This document shows, one piece after another, positions 25,182-38,200 of a stretch of DNA of 64,000 nt (positions are counted from its first letter, which is position 1; every line of letters begins with the position of its first letter). A program made the translations under genes and the position numbers. The notes beneath the pieces were generated by a model. The model ran no database searches, was not told the origin of the DNA, and saw nothing but the letters and a program-made list of their open reading frames with translations. This DNA comes from Takakia lepidozioides (lineage: Eukaryota > Plantae > Bryophyta): assembly GCA_030704615.1 (NCBI GenBank), contig CM060734.1, positions 63,426,001-63,490,000 on the forward strand, read 5' to 3'.

Positions 25182-28100
25182 TTGGGGTTGGGAGTATGTA
25201 GGGCACTCAAGAAGCGGTTCAAAACAATGGTGCAGTCGGGGAGTAAGTTACAAAATTCACCTACGAATGGGAAGAGTTCCAATGCAGCATCTGAAGATAC
25301 TATGGGCGAAAGAGGGGGGCACAAATCAGCAGATTACTTCAGGGATGTCCTCAAGCTGAATGCGACAGGCAAGAATCCCAAACAACTTCTCTTAGACAAA
25401 GACATCACCAAAGAACAATGTGCAAAGTTGTTTGGACAACCTGCAAACAAGAATGGCTACTTTTACATGGGTTGTACTGACAAGAGTATGATTCCCAAAA
25501 TCGAGGACCTATGGAGTAAGGTTCATGGGTATGATTGTAAGCCAACCGGTGGTATCATTGCAAACTTGATGGCAAGGGGCATTGTCTATGAAAAAAGGAC
25601 TGGACAAAAACTCAATTGGGCAGCATACGCGGCATGGACAGCTAAGCAACAAGAAAGAATGAAGGAGCATCGAGAAGCAAAGGACCCTGGCAGCACAGAC
25701 AGTAAGCCAAAGCTAGGAGTTTGTGAATTGAAAGACAGGCTACGCAAAACCCCAGGTAGAGGCAAAGAAGGACTGAAACAAACGCCTGAGCAAGTGATTG
25801 CAGAGATGGAAAGGAAAAAACATGAGCAAGAGTATGTGGCAACTGCTCTAGCGAGTCTTCAGGAACTACATGATTTGAAGTATGAGGAGATGTGTGGGGC
25901 AAAGGAAGAGTTGGAGAGGTTAAAGAAAGGGAAGTTGGACTTGATGGAGAAGACGCGGACTGTTCGGGTGCAAATGGAAGACAGACAATGGTGTCTTGCA
26001 GAGTGTCGGAACAAGATTGCAGACCTAGAGGCCAAACTCACCCACGAGGGTGCCACAATCCGAGCCGGGGAAGAGACCTTAATGCAAAAAGGGAAGAGAG
26101 TGTTGGGTTACTGAATTGTGGAAAGGGAAGACAGTCTGAGATGCAAAGGGAACTTGACCAGAAGAAATCAATTGAAGCAGAATTTTGGCTCAATGCTGAT
26201 AAGACCGAAAAAGAGTTCAATGCTTTGTGTGATGCAGGGGACCAGGAAGACAGGGACATTAGAGTGGCAGAGAATGTGGTCGATGTTGCTGACACAGAGA
26301 GGAGTCTTATCCAAGATCAGATTGAGGCCTTGACAAATGGGGACAAAGGACTCGTCATCTATCCTATGCCTATATGTCATCCTCAAGTGATCAAAGATAG
26401 TACGTCCATCAAGGATTTCCTGAAGGTCTCTCCTTGCCCTGTTTGCCACAAAGGTTTCCACTGTTGGGACATGGTGGTGGCATCTTGTAAGCACACTTAC
26501 CATCCTGCTTGTATGGCATCCCATATGAAGACGTCAAACAGGTGTAGGGACTTCAGCTGTTCAGAGATCATGCATCCTGATTGGTGTTCTAGTTTTGGGT
26601 TTAGGATTCTTGACCCAGAGGTGCAGGCACTTGCGGAAAAGCTGAGAGTGGTTGAGCTGCGCCAAAGGTGGATGTCAAAGCAACTTCACGAAGCCAGGGT
26701 TAGAAACACCCAAGTTCCAGGTAAGATTGATTGCAACATTTCCATGTTTTCTTCTTCAGAAAACTTGTGTGGTCCAAGGCTGTACCTCTTCATGTCCAAT
26801 CCTCAGGACTGTAGTCCCAAGATTGGACCTTCAACCCCTTAAACTGACTATGAGTCTGAATGTGGGACTGCAAATGTTATTATTTGTCCTTTTAGTGGAG
26901 TGAATCCTTACTGGGGAGTCCTTATTGAGGAGTGTCATTCTTAACTAGAATTCTGAGTCTTCAGTCATGTGGAGTGTGAGTCCAAGTGCTGACTCATGTG
27001 GAGTATGAGTCGATGTGTTTAGTCATGGGGAGTGTGAGTCCACTTGCTGACTAATTATTGGGAGTATGAGTCCTTAATGATTTCCACTGATTTCCAGTTT
27101 GGAATCAGAGTCCTGTGGAGGGTCAGTCCATGTGCTTAATCATGTGGAGTGTGAGTCCAACTGCAAAATAATGGATGTGGAATGCGAGTCCTTATTGAGG
27201 AGCTTGCTTCTCAACTTGGAATCTGAGTTATGGACCAGATGGAGTGTGAGTCCTAATTAGGGAGTGTGAATCTTGCTTGTAGTCCCACCATCAGCTGCAT
27301 AGAACTTGGAAGTCTAATATGGGGGACAAAAAGTCCATTATGATGGACTGTGCACTCCCCACATAATTATTGTAGTCCAACTGTTGGGACTTCGGCCAAT
27401 GGTAAGGACTACAATGACTTGTCTGGACTCAAATTACAGTTAATGTTGTATTGGTAGACAGTAGGCACCAAGTGATAATTCAGCCTTCTCAAACCAGTTG
27501 TAATGGTGTAGGTGTGATAGCAGATGATGGCTTCATTGATGCCAACAAACGAAGACCAGGACCTCCATCTCAGGCCACCACCAACTATAGCGCATTCACC
27601 ACCAACTACAGTGGAGGCCAAAGTGGATGGTGGTAGTGCTGTGAACCAAAACTTCCCTCGAACTCCAAGCTCGTCAACTCTTCAAATGTCACCTTTGGGG
27701 CTGTCGCGGCCGGGGATCGTTGCACCAATTGTTGGTGATCCGTTGAACCCTGAGGTTGATGTCACACCTGATACCATCATGCAAGAGGTTTCAGCTTCAG
27801 GAAAGGGTTATGTCAAGAAGTTCCTCATTCCTGGTTCTCCACCAAAAAAGATTCCTGGATCTCCACTGCAGGCTGCATTTGTTCCAGAGATTGTCACGAC
27901 ACATACGCTACAAAGTACACATGAAGATGTTGTGGACTTGACAATCCCATCCACTGTTGTTCCTCCTTATGTGGATGTGAAGGTTGAAAGAGATGGTGCC
28001 CAAAATACTGGACATGTGGCAACCCTCTCATCAGACTCAGAATTGGGGTCACAGGGATTTGAAACTGATGTTGGGGCCGACTCCCAGTCTGATTCTGATA

Positions 28101-28549
28101 CAGTTGTGTTGCACAGTACCATAGGTGGAGGCCCCTCACAAGTTTCAGATCCTATATTTCATGTCACTCCACCAGTTGCTACCTCCCTTGTTGCTCCGCC
28201 AATATCCATTCCCGCAATTCCAGCTCAATTGGATGGTGGTTCTCCATTACCTATGGTAGTATATGTACCTCATGCCTTAGCAACAACCCCTCCTGTTCTT
28301 GGACCAGTGTTGAACCCCCCAGCTGTAGCCCTTGTCAGTCCACATGTTCAAGCAACAGGGAAGCGTAAACGAGAACGAAAGAGATCTCGCAAGGCATTGA
28401 GTGCAGAGTATGCAAAGAAGCCCACCACTAGGGCGGATTCTAAGGTATCAATTGACAAGGATATGGACAAGTGCCCAGGTGAAAGTTACTCCTCATCAAA
28501 GAGAGTTGTCGTGCACAAGCCCTTGGATACGAATGAAGACCCCACCTAA
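25182..28549 (+). pseudogene. TE-associated coiled-coil + RING-H2 finger protein, frameshifted and probably spliced
   Basis: ORFs 25182-26114, 25892-26842 and 27524-28549; CPVC...CKHTYHPAC...CRDFSC fits C3H2C3; basic NLS-like KRKRERKRSRK. Confidence 0.6.
26840..27300. repeat. Degenerate minisatellite (GGAGTGTGAGTCC core), probably intronic
   Basis: About ten imperfect ATGTGGAGTGTGAGTCC-like units. Confidence 0.7.
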
Positions 28550-30399
28550 CTTGAAGATGGATGCAGGTTCTTCTGGTGCAGGCCCTAAGAAGAAGAAAAG
28601 AAAACATATCAACTAGGTACAAGCTGAGTACTGTACACTTATGAGGACTTTACCACTCGCAATGTCATTGTGGGGACAGGTCTCGTCTCTTCATCAGTAC
28701 TTGTTCATTTATGACATGGCCACTTTGGGAGGCAGGCACCAAGCAAAGGCTAGTCTTTCATCGATGGGGTAGAGGTTGGTGCCACGATATGTCAATGTTG
28801 AGCAGTTTAGAACTGGCAGAGGATGTGTTAGTTGTTACCATTAGGTGCCCAGCCAAGTCATGTGATGTGGATTTTCCCTTGTGGTTTCTCGAGTAGCTCA
28901 CAATGGACACATGACATGGATTGAGGGCATGCACATTACTGTTCTTTGTTCATTTTCTGCTGATAGGTATGCTGTTAAACTTGTGAGTAAGGCAGCAATA
29001 TCATGACAGTGGTTTTTGAAAACAATGCACTCTATTTTGCTATCTGTTTCTGATAGGAATTGCTAGAATACCTTTGTGCAGGCAGTCTACTGTTATTCAT
29101 TCTATGTGAGAAAGATGGCTTTGAAAGGCCCATTGTTTTTCCTGCCTGTGCTACAATTCTCCAACATGCGTGGGTTTAACAGAGTCTGCGCTTGAAATTT
29201 GACTAACTGGGTTGGGTTTATGGCCTGAAATTTGACTAACTGGTGGATGGTATGGCTCCATCCGGTTGCGTACCTCTATCCTCCTTTGCTTGACTCTGAT
29301 AGTTCATTTACAAAACTGCAATCGAACACCAACAATACAAGTCTCCATCTCTCAATGGTAATTAGTCTAGCTCCTTGGTGAAGATCCCTGGTATGGCGGA
29401 CCGAAGCCTGGACAACAGACAACATTCCCATCATTCCCCTCTCTACAGAGACAAGCTGGTTCTGTACCCCAAGTCAGGACACTAATCAACTCACTAAAAC
29501 AGAATATACCTCAGTAATGGCAGCTCTAAGCAATCTACCTTCGCTCAATTGAACACATAAATGTGATTTGTAGTGCTGCCTGCCTAATTCTTAGTATCTC
29601 TCAACTTCATCCCAAGCCCAAAATTACTTGTGTGTATGATTTAATGCAGCAGTTCAATATGCAAGGATGGCTTAACTTTGAAGAGGAATCAAGACAGTAT
29701 GATAGCAGGTCTGCTGCTGTTCCACTTGATTGTCCCACTGTGTTTGGAAGGCTGTTAGCAACTCAGACTAGAATGGCGCCCGGCTTCAGAGCGTTGAGGA
29801 TCATGTGCCTTGAGGAACATGTGCCTTATTTTACACATCTATCACTTTCTTATCCAAAACGAGGGTGTGGAACTTGAAAGGACCAAGAAGTATGACAAGT
29901 TGTAGGGTTTATGATGAGGTTTTGCCATATCTTCGTAGCCAGGCACCTTTGCCAACCAGTTGGTATGAGAAGGGGGAGGACAACAGATTGTGTGATCAGA
30001 GAGGAAGGCAGACACACTCCAAATAACAAGAAACCAATCACAGAAAGAAAACCAGACACATTAAATTGAAATTCCCCGCCTTGTGAAGTGATACACCACA
30101 GCACTAGTGCGGGAATTCTAGTCACCGGGCACATTCAATTGAACAGTAACAAATTTGGCCACAGCCACAGCCTCTTCAGCCATAGCTTGCAAGATAGATT
30201 ATAGATTATGAATTATAATTTGCGGCCAAATAACAAAGCTACATACATACAAATTCCGAAAACAATCTCTCAGCTCACAAGCAACTTGTAATTCACATTG
30301 CTACATATTTGAGTTACATAACCCAAGGGAGAATTGGACCCCATCCCGATAAGGGAAGTTGCCCGTCAACCATGGATTAGCCTGCAACATGCCATCTTA

Positions 30400-33300
30400 G
30401 CGATCTTCCATTGCTGCCAGAGCTTCATTGATGCCCTCCAATGCATCCGCAGACAAGGTGAAGACTGCATCCTTGCCTTTGACTCGGTATGTCGCTGGAG
30501 GCATAGCAAATTTGATAGCCCTCACCAAATGCGAATACAGAAATGCCAAAGGCTGGTCAGATATGAACTTGTAAGCCTTATCTCTTCTTCCACACAACTA
30601 TCTCCCTGCAACCACATGCTCGCCAGGGTCAAAAGTACTTCCCCACCCATCTGTGAATGTCTCCATAACAACGTGAACCGGCCTTTCACAACAGAGCAAG
30701 TAGAAGTCCACCCCTTCTCTGGTTTTCCAGCTTCAGCATTGCAGGCAAAATTGTCCCTTGCATCCAAGCAGGAGGCCAAGTCCTCCCCATCTCCCCCAAA
30801 CTCTTGTTCTTCATCCCCCTTCTTCTTCAATCTGCCTCCGGACAGCAGTTGTATTTGTAGGTTGCAGGGTTTGCAACTTCCATTTTTTGCATGAGCAATA
30901 CTGATGCAGTTGTCCCAATCAAGATCCAAACAATGCGGACAAAACATGCTAAGTCTCGAACCATAAGTTTGGTTGGATCTGACTTGTTCCTCCCAAGAAT
31001 GGAATGTAAGACCGAGTTCCAGGTACGGTCTTGCAATCCCACTCTTGTGTACGGTCAACATCTTCTGTACGAACAAGCCAAAAATGTCACACTGCTGTTC
31101 TAATCTTAGAGTACGAAGAAGGAGGTCGGGTGGACAGGTTCTTGCGCAAAAAAGCTACTGCCTCAGCAGCATTTTGCAGCTTCACACCATTTGAGTTTAA
31201 CTGCTCTGCTCTCGTAAAGCCCCTCTTGATCACAGCACCAGCCCCATCGTGCTCACCTTTCCCGTGCCCTGATCCAAAAAAGTTCCACCACATTGTGCAA
31301 CCCCCTGTGATGTGGGGGTACCTACTAACAAATACCAAGGACGAGCACCTTTAAACTGAGCAGCACAACCGTCACTCCATACCCAATGCGATTCAGGTCT
31401 GAACCCTGCTTCAGCAAGGTAATTCCAATGAAACCGAAAGCAATGTTGTACGACCAGCGTGTCATGCTTGTTGTCATCAGAAATGTAAAAGTGCATTCTT
31501 TCAAAACCTTGGAATCGGGATCATTCACATCAGGGTGTGGATTCCACCGGTAGGTAATTTGCACCAATATAGTGATCTGGAAACTGTGCCAGTGCATCTC
31601 TTGCACTTCATTCTGAACTGTAAAAGTGTAGTTTTTCAGCAAAGTCAACAACAGACAATATTGTATTCTCTGGCAAAGATTTCAAACTGGCTTTAAACTG
31701 AGCATCTTGCCATCGGGCTACAAAGTTATGACGAACAAAAGCCTGTAGCTTGGGTTTGAAGTACGACAAGAATTCAACAGAGGAAGTCGTTTGGTATTGG
31801 AGTTTCAGTCTCATTCTAGGGGCTCCATCTTTCTCCCCAACATTCTCTTTTGCATAGCATCTCCACTGCACTGTCAAATCACAACCATTTGCCTCCACGG
31901 GACAAATAGATAACTTACTTGAGCCACACCTCAAGCACTCTCCCATGAGACAGTCTCGCCGATGCCATTCATCCAATTCCCCTTTGGGACAAACAATTTC
32001 TTGCCAAAGCCAAGTCACTCCTTTGTAGGGGTGCTTGTTCGCTTGACAACCAGCTTCACCATCTAATACTGGTCCACGTCGACAATTACAGTCACAAGTA
32101 CATGATGATGGAGAGTGGACACCCCTCTCGGCAGTCTGCATGTTGTTGAACCCATCCTTCAACTCCGCCATCTCCGCCATCTCCACATGATATTTGCAGC
32201 AACAAACATTACGATCCTTCAGGCGTTTGACAAAGAATGGCCTCAACAACTCAAACAATCGTTGACCCACTTTGACATTGGGATGGGCTGATTTGAAGCG
32301 AAGAAAGAAAGCAGTCTGCATTGCCACCACAACATGCACAAAGAGAATCCCATTTAGTGCATGCACTAAGAATACCTACTACTAGACCTAGACCAGTCCT
32401 AGACCTAGTCTTAGTCATAGTCCTTTCTCATCAATCACATGTCAAATTGTACAAGTACTAATCAGTCCTAGTAGTCCTAGACCTAGTCCTTCCTAGTCAC
32501 ATATGAAGTGTACATGTACTAATCAGGTCCGAGTGTGAGTCCTTTCTAGTCACATATTAAGGAATGCATGTACTAGCCAGTCCTAGTCCTAGTCCTAGTC
32601 ACATACCAATGAATGCATGTCCTAATCAGTCCTAGTCCTACTTCTTTCTAGTCACATATCAAGGAATGCATGTCCAAATCGGTCCTAGTCCTAGTCATTG
32701 TCCTTTTCTAGTCACATTTCAAGGAGTGCATGTACTAATGGAGTACATGTACATCGACTTCTAGTCCCTCCAAATCAATTTACATGGAGTGCATGCTATT
32801 TTGTCCTATCTAGTCATAATATAAGGAGTGCATGCTAGTGAGTCGTACTTCTAGTCCATCCCAGGCCTGTTTACAATGAGTACCAGTCCATGAACAAGGG
32901 ACATCTTCAAGACACTCCAATTCAGGACATGAGCTGGACATAGTGTCCACAATTGAGTACAGTAATCTCAGTCCACTGGTAGGTTTACAGGTGACGATGT
33001 ACCTTGTCTAGGGAAAATGTACGAGGCAACCCAAACAACACAATGGCAGTTGACAAACTCAACATAGTCCAATACAGTTATGTACAGTAGTAAGTGTAGA
33101 AGGATTGTAAAGTACTGAGAGCCCACACAAACACTGTAAAGAGAGGGTTCGCTTACCTGAGTCTCAAGAAGATAGTGAGCAGGTGTTTGTAGACTTTCCT
33201 CGATACGCGCTGCCTCACGACATCTTTCTTGTTGGGTGACACTCGTGTCTCATTTACCCACCAAGCCAAAACGATCGCTCGGGTCGCATCTGGTACATGA

Positions 33301-33966
33301 TCAGACCTTTTCTTTCTCCCACCCAAAGCCCCTCACCTTCTGAATCAATGACTCTTCGTCGTACAATTGCACGACTAATATTGCTATGATGAATATTAAG
33401 AATACGTGCCGTTGCCCTCACAGCAGTGGTCTGGGTTCCACTAACAGACGTTGTTAAGAATGAGCGTTTACTCGCAAGCTTATCTAAAGACTGCACACCC
33501 TTAACAAGTTGCATGGAGCTCTGCTGGTTCTTCAACAATCTGCATGCGCCTTGGCCTCCTTAGGCGGCAAGTAATAGGCAGGTAAGCTGAGTTTAATGAG
33601 ATGGTGACCCAAAAATAACTCCATTACCTCTGTTTGTGAATGAAGTGTTGGGCATTCCCTCAACTGCTTGTAACAGAAGTCGGCCATTTTCGAAGCTATT
33701 CTCCTCTTGTCTCGTTCTCCAAACCCCACCCTGGCATCTTCCACAGAACCTTGCCCAGACGTTGTAGTAGCCGCATTAATCTCTGCCTCTTTTTGGGCTT
33801 GAAGTATATACATTCTTTTCTGGTCAGCGTGGGTTTGTTTGCGTGTATCCTCGGTGGGCCTGGCTGCAGCCAACAAAGCCAGTTTTGCCCTTTTTTGAGG
33901 GCCTGGTCTTACCTCTCCACTTACCCTATACTTGTTCTTCTTGTTCCCCATTGAAAACTGATGCAA
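30400..33966 (-). pseudogene. Sola2-like DDE transposase, frameshifted, with intron(s)
   Basis: Motifs VDFAE(N)YTF..QNEVQEMHW, WSDGCAAQFK, WNFFGSGHGKGEHDGAGAVIKR, Cys-rich CCCKYH and ACFCPHC, and an N-terminal HTH-like segment. The transposase call is solid; Sola2 is from motif recall. Confidence 0.75.
32380..32880. repeat. Degenerate minisatellite (CCTAGT / GCATGTACTAATC units) in a transposase intron
   Basis: Reiterated CTAGTC and ~45-55 bp higher-order units. Confidence 0.7.
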
Positions 33967-35236
33967 CTGTTAGCACAATATAGAGATCGGAAACCAGACA
34001 ACAGTTTGCTTAAGTGTACTCTCTGCGTCTCCTGCAACCCCTTTGCCCTTATGTGAATGTTACATTATTTTCTAGATTTTCCAAAATATACACCAATGTA
34101 ACTCTCTTCATGAAAAATCATCAAGCAGTTCATTCCTTCATAAAAACCTCCATATCATTGTAAAGTGCCTTAGGGAGTCTTGAAAGCTACACTTCTTATG
34201 AAAGGACCATAGCATGAAAATGAATGGAAGAAGGTCTAATGAATTAGGATGTTCCAAGATAAAATGATAGATTTTGAAAATTTCTCACATATCTCATAAA
34301 CTAATTCTTAGGGCTACATTGTGGTTTCCACGTATAACGGTGACCTTCCTACTGGACATTAAAATCCCTATGTGAATTGAAGTTTTCCACCACTCCAATT
34401 GATTCCATATAATCCACAACCTTACTTTGGACATCATACATACTTTTACGTTTGGACTTCATTCAATGCTCAAATCTCCATGGATTCCAAAAAGAAAACC
34501 ACCGTTGTTTTCAGCACAGAATAAGGATCAATGATTCATGTCTAAACTTTCAAAATGCACTTATATCCAACATCCATGTCAGTCCTTCTATGTGGCACTG
34601 CATTCGCAGAGAGCTTGGGACGTCCATTTTGGGTGGACCGTAGCATGCTTTGACCCTCCTACACCTTACCATCATGCAGAGCGAGGCACTTTGAGAGAAG
34701 TCTGGCAGTTGATAGCATAGATCAGGATTATATCTTGCTTGGTCGGGCCTCTATTCTTCCCCTCCCTCTTGTTACTATTTCCATTACTTTGTGCTTGTAG
34801 TTGCCAAAGCCTCTCTTGGTGGAGGCCAGTCAGTCCGGGGTTTTGGGCTGGGATATTTTGCAGGATCAACATTGCAGATGGATTTTGGTATGGGGTGTTT
34901 GATGTTTTGATTTCTTGTGTTTGGATCCCCCCCAACACCTGCATGCTTGATTGTGCGCCATGTTGGTTTTGTGTGGGCGCTTGCTTTCATAGGGATTAGG
35001 CCGGATTTGATCACCGGTCAATCCTAGAATATGCTGTCGGTGGTGAGGCTGGAGTGATGACCAGCAAGACCACCAGTGTTTCTTCTATGGTGAGACTGGG
35101 TTGATGACCAGCCAACCATAGGAGTTCTTGCGGTGGATGCAGGTGCAGGTGCCCTGAGCCACTGGGATATGACCCTTAAACTGCAACAGGTGCCCACCCA
35201 CCTATTAGAATTAGTACTAGAGCCTTATAGTGTCAC

Positions 35237-38200
35237 GTGGGGGAGGTGCACATTATGAGTGTCATCACGGAGTTACCCAAGGGTTTTGAGGGGAGTACGG
35301 CTACAGGCAGTAATAGTGAGAGTGGGTTCACAAGACGAGGTATTTGGTTCAGACCACCTTCACCTCCACCCTCAACTAGTGTAGAGTCAGACACAGATTC
35401 GGAGGCTTCATCAATAGGTGTGCAGTTTCATTCGCCATTGTTGTGGGACGACATGGAGGAGATGTATGGAGCTACCAAGGGGCCTCGTACGTACTCTGGA
35501 GCTGTGGGCACAATCAAGCTGGATGACTTTATCCAGGAGTTCGACAATTGGTGTGATTTGCAGCAGATGCGCAATCCATAGCTGTTCACCCCATTCATGG
35601 CGTGGAAGGGATTGTTCCAGCATTTGGAAGGCCCGCCTATGGACGATTACCACAAGTTCAGGCGAGGACATGAATCAGAAATTGAAGAGTGGAGGATGTA
35701 TTGGTCACCTGACTACGTCTCCATTACTCGAGGAACAACGCGACCAGTAGCTGCATCAACACCAATACCTCCCACGGCTAGCACTAGTAGTGGAACAAGT
35801 AGTGCCGGTACTTCTGCAGAAGGTCCTACTACTCATCCTCCCACGACTACAACACATGTGCCTAGATTCAGCCCGGTGGTGGAGTTCTTCCAGGAGTTGC
35901 GGAGGAACTACCAAGGTGTACGCACAGAGAAGCTGCGAAGTTTGCAAGACTTCCAGCGCAAACCCATTGAGAGCCTGCGAGAGGCGTACACTCATATGAG
36001 TCACTTGATAAGTGTGACCCAAGGGGTTACTGAAGCTCAGACAATCCAGTTTTGGTATGGAATTCTGGACAAGGAGCTCAGGAGAAGGGTGCGAGATGCA
36101 ACCCTGTTACAAGCAGCCCAACCCACATTAGCAGATGTGTTTCTGCTGGCTGAGCGGATTGAGCTCAACATGGTGGAGGAGCGAGTTGTTACCATTGGAT
36201 TTGGCAAGGACATGCCTACACGAGGCGTAGCTGCCAGTCCACAGGCACAAGGGACTGCCCAACAGCGTGGTCAGGGGGGCAAGGTTTCCCAACCCAAGTT
36301 CCATGGAGCTTATAGGGGACCTCAGGTGCAGAGGCCCGTGGCATCTGCAGGCCAACAGCAACCAGGGGTGATATGTTGGACATGTGGAGGACCCCCTGTC
36401 AAGAGAGATTGCCCAGAGAGTGGCAAAAGGCCGGCACAAGCACAGCCTGCACAGTTGCAGTGTGGGCATTGTGGCAAGTATGGGCATGGAGATGCCCAGT
36501 GTTATGACTTGCACACCCTGAGTTGCGCCCAGCCAGTTCCAAGGGAACAATGGTGGCTGGGGGCGAGGTGGACTAGCCCAGAGAGGACGAGGTGGCCGGG
36601 CATGAGGTGCAGGCCAAGGGCAAGCTCAACATGGCCAAGGACGCGGAGGTCAGGGTGTTGACCAAGGCATGGCCAACCGGCTTCAGCAGCTAGAGCAGAG
36701 GCTCGCTACCATGGCTACAGCTCAGGTGGTACCGGCTCCCAGGCGGGATGGTCCACCTCCTGCTCCTGAGGAAGGAGATATGGGAGGGATGGGATTCATG
36801 TGCAGACCAGCACTACCACTAGAGCAGGTGGAGTCTGCTGCAGCCGTGACTCGAGGAGCATCACGAGTTCCCGAGCCACGAGGTGCAAAGGTGGAATTGG
36901 ATCCACAGCGTGGGGAGGCAAGCCGTCAGGCGAGGCTTCCTCAGTCATTCACATTGGTGGAGACAGTGTTGACGCCATCCATGGCACCTAGTTCTCGCCC
37001 GACTGTTACCGAGGCGGAGGTTACTATGCCATTGGGGAGAGCTACACGTGCAGCACTGACACCTCCTGCCAAGGCTAGTGCAGCCGGTGTGTTGTTGGGA
37101 GTAGCCACCTCTGTGTGTCAAGCCCCACTGTTCTTGGCAACCATGATTGCGACGCCCGGGGTAAGACCAGCTGCAGTGTTCAGACTAGTAGCAACACTCT
37201 GTGAGAGTGGGGAGGTCACTTCATCTTCTGCGGAGTTAGTGGAAGGTGTAGTGGCAGAGCGATCCTCGGATTTGAGGGTCAAGACTGCCACGGCTGTGCC
37301 ATGGCAAGCTGCAGCTGCCAGGTTGACGGAGCTGCCAGCTAGGCCAGCCTTTGAGCGCGCCATGGTGACACCTGGAGTTGTCTTGTTAGACAACCAGGAT
37401 GACATTTTCTCTTTGAGTGGACCGGCAGGCAAGAAGTACCGGCCACTGCGGGTCTTGTTGGACTCGAAAGCTCAGCCACTGATGTTGGGCAGAGCTGCTA
37501 TTGCAGGTTTGGGCCTCATGGAGGCGGATATAGAGCCTTGTCCTTTCCAGACACAAACATCTCTGGGAGGATCAGAGCAGGCTCGGGGCATGACACGGCG
37601 TGAGTTGGCCATTAGACTACAGCCGGATCATCCTATAGATGGCTCAGTGATGCGAGCCAAGGCCATTGTGACAGACGCGGTCTCTTACGATGTCCTCGTT
37701 GATGGGGCAGTGTTATATCCCATGGGCTTCACCCTGGACTTTTGGGAGGAGTCAGCATCCTACAGGCCTGGATGGCAGTCAGGGGATGGTCGTCATGCAC
37801 AGCTCCCTGTGACATTCATTGGGGGTATTGCGGCTGCCAAGCGGGGCAAGATGCCAATACTAGCCGCCTTTACAGCTGCAGTTAGTTGGCCTGGAGAGTT
37901 GCTGGAAGGCAATGCCCATGCAGAGGATGTGCCACCTTCAGCAAAGCAGGATGACATGCATGGTACGGCGGAGTTGCCTGCCATGGTTGCTCACACTCCA
38001 TTGTGGGGTACGAGCAAGGATTTGCAGCAGGCTGCTGATGGACGGGTGCAACAAGCCTGGGTAGAGGCCTTCGTACCGTCAGGAGAAGAGGAGAGTGCGG
38101 TGATTGCACCAGAACCACCTCAGTTGTTGCCATTGGATACCACACCTCTTGTGTGGCAATGCCCGGATGAAGGCATATGCCTTCTGGACTTGTTTGGCGG

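Larger units (their letters stand above)
23186..34642 (-). mobile_element. Large Sola2-like DNA transposon (boundaries tentative)
   Basis: Contains a transposase (-) and a convergent RING ORF (+). Candidate ends are only an 8-bp inverted match, TACGGTCC (23186) / GGACCGTA (34635-34642). Confidence 0.45.
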
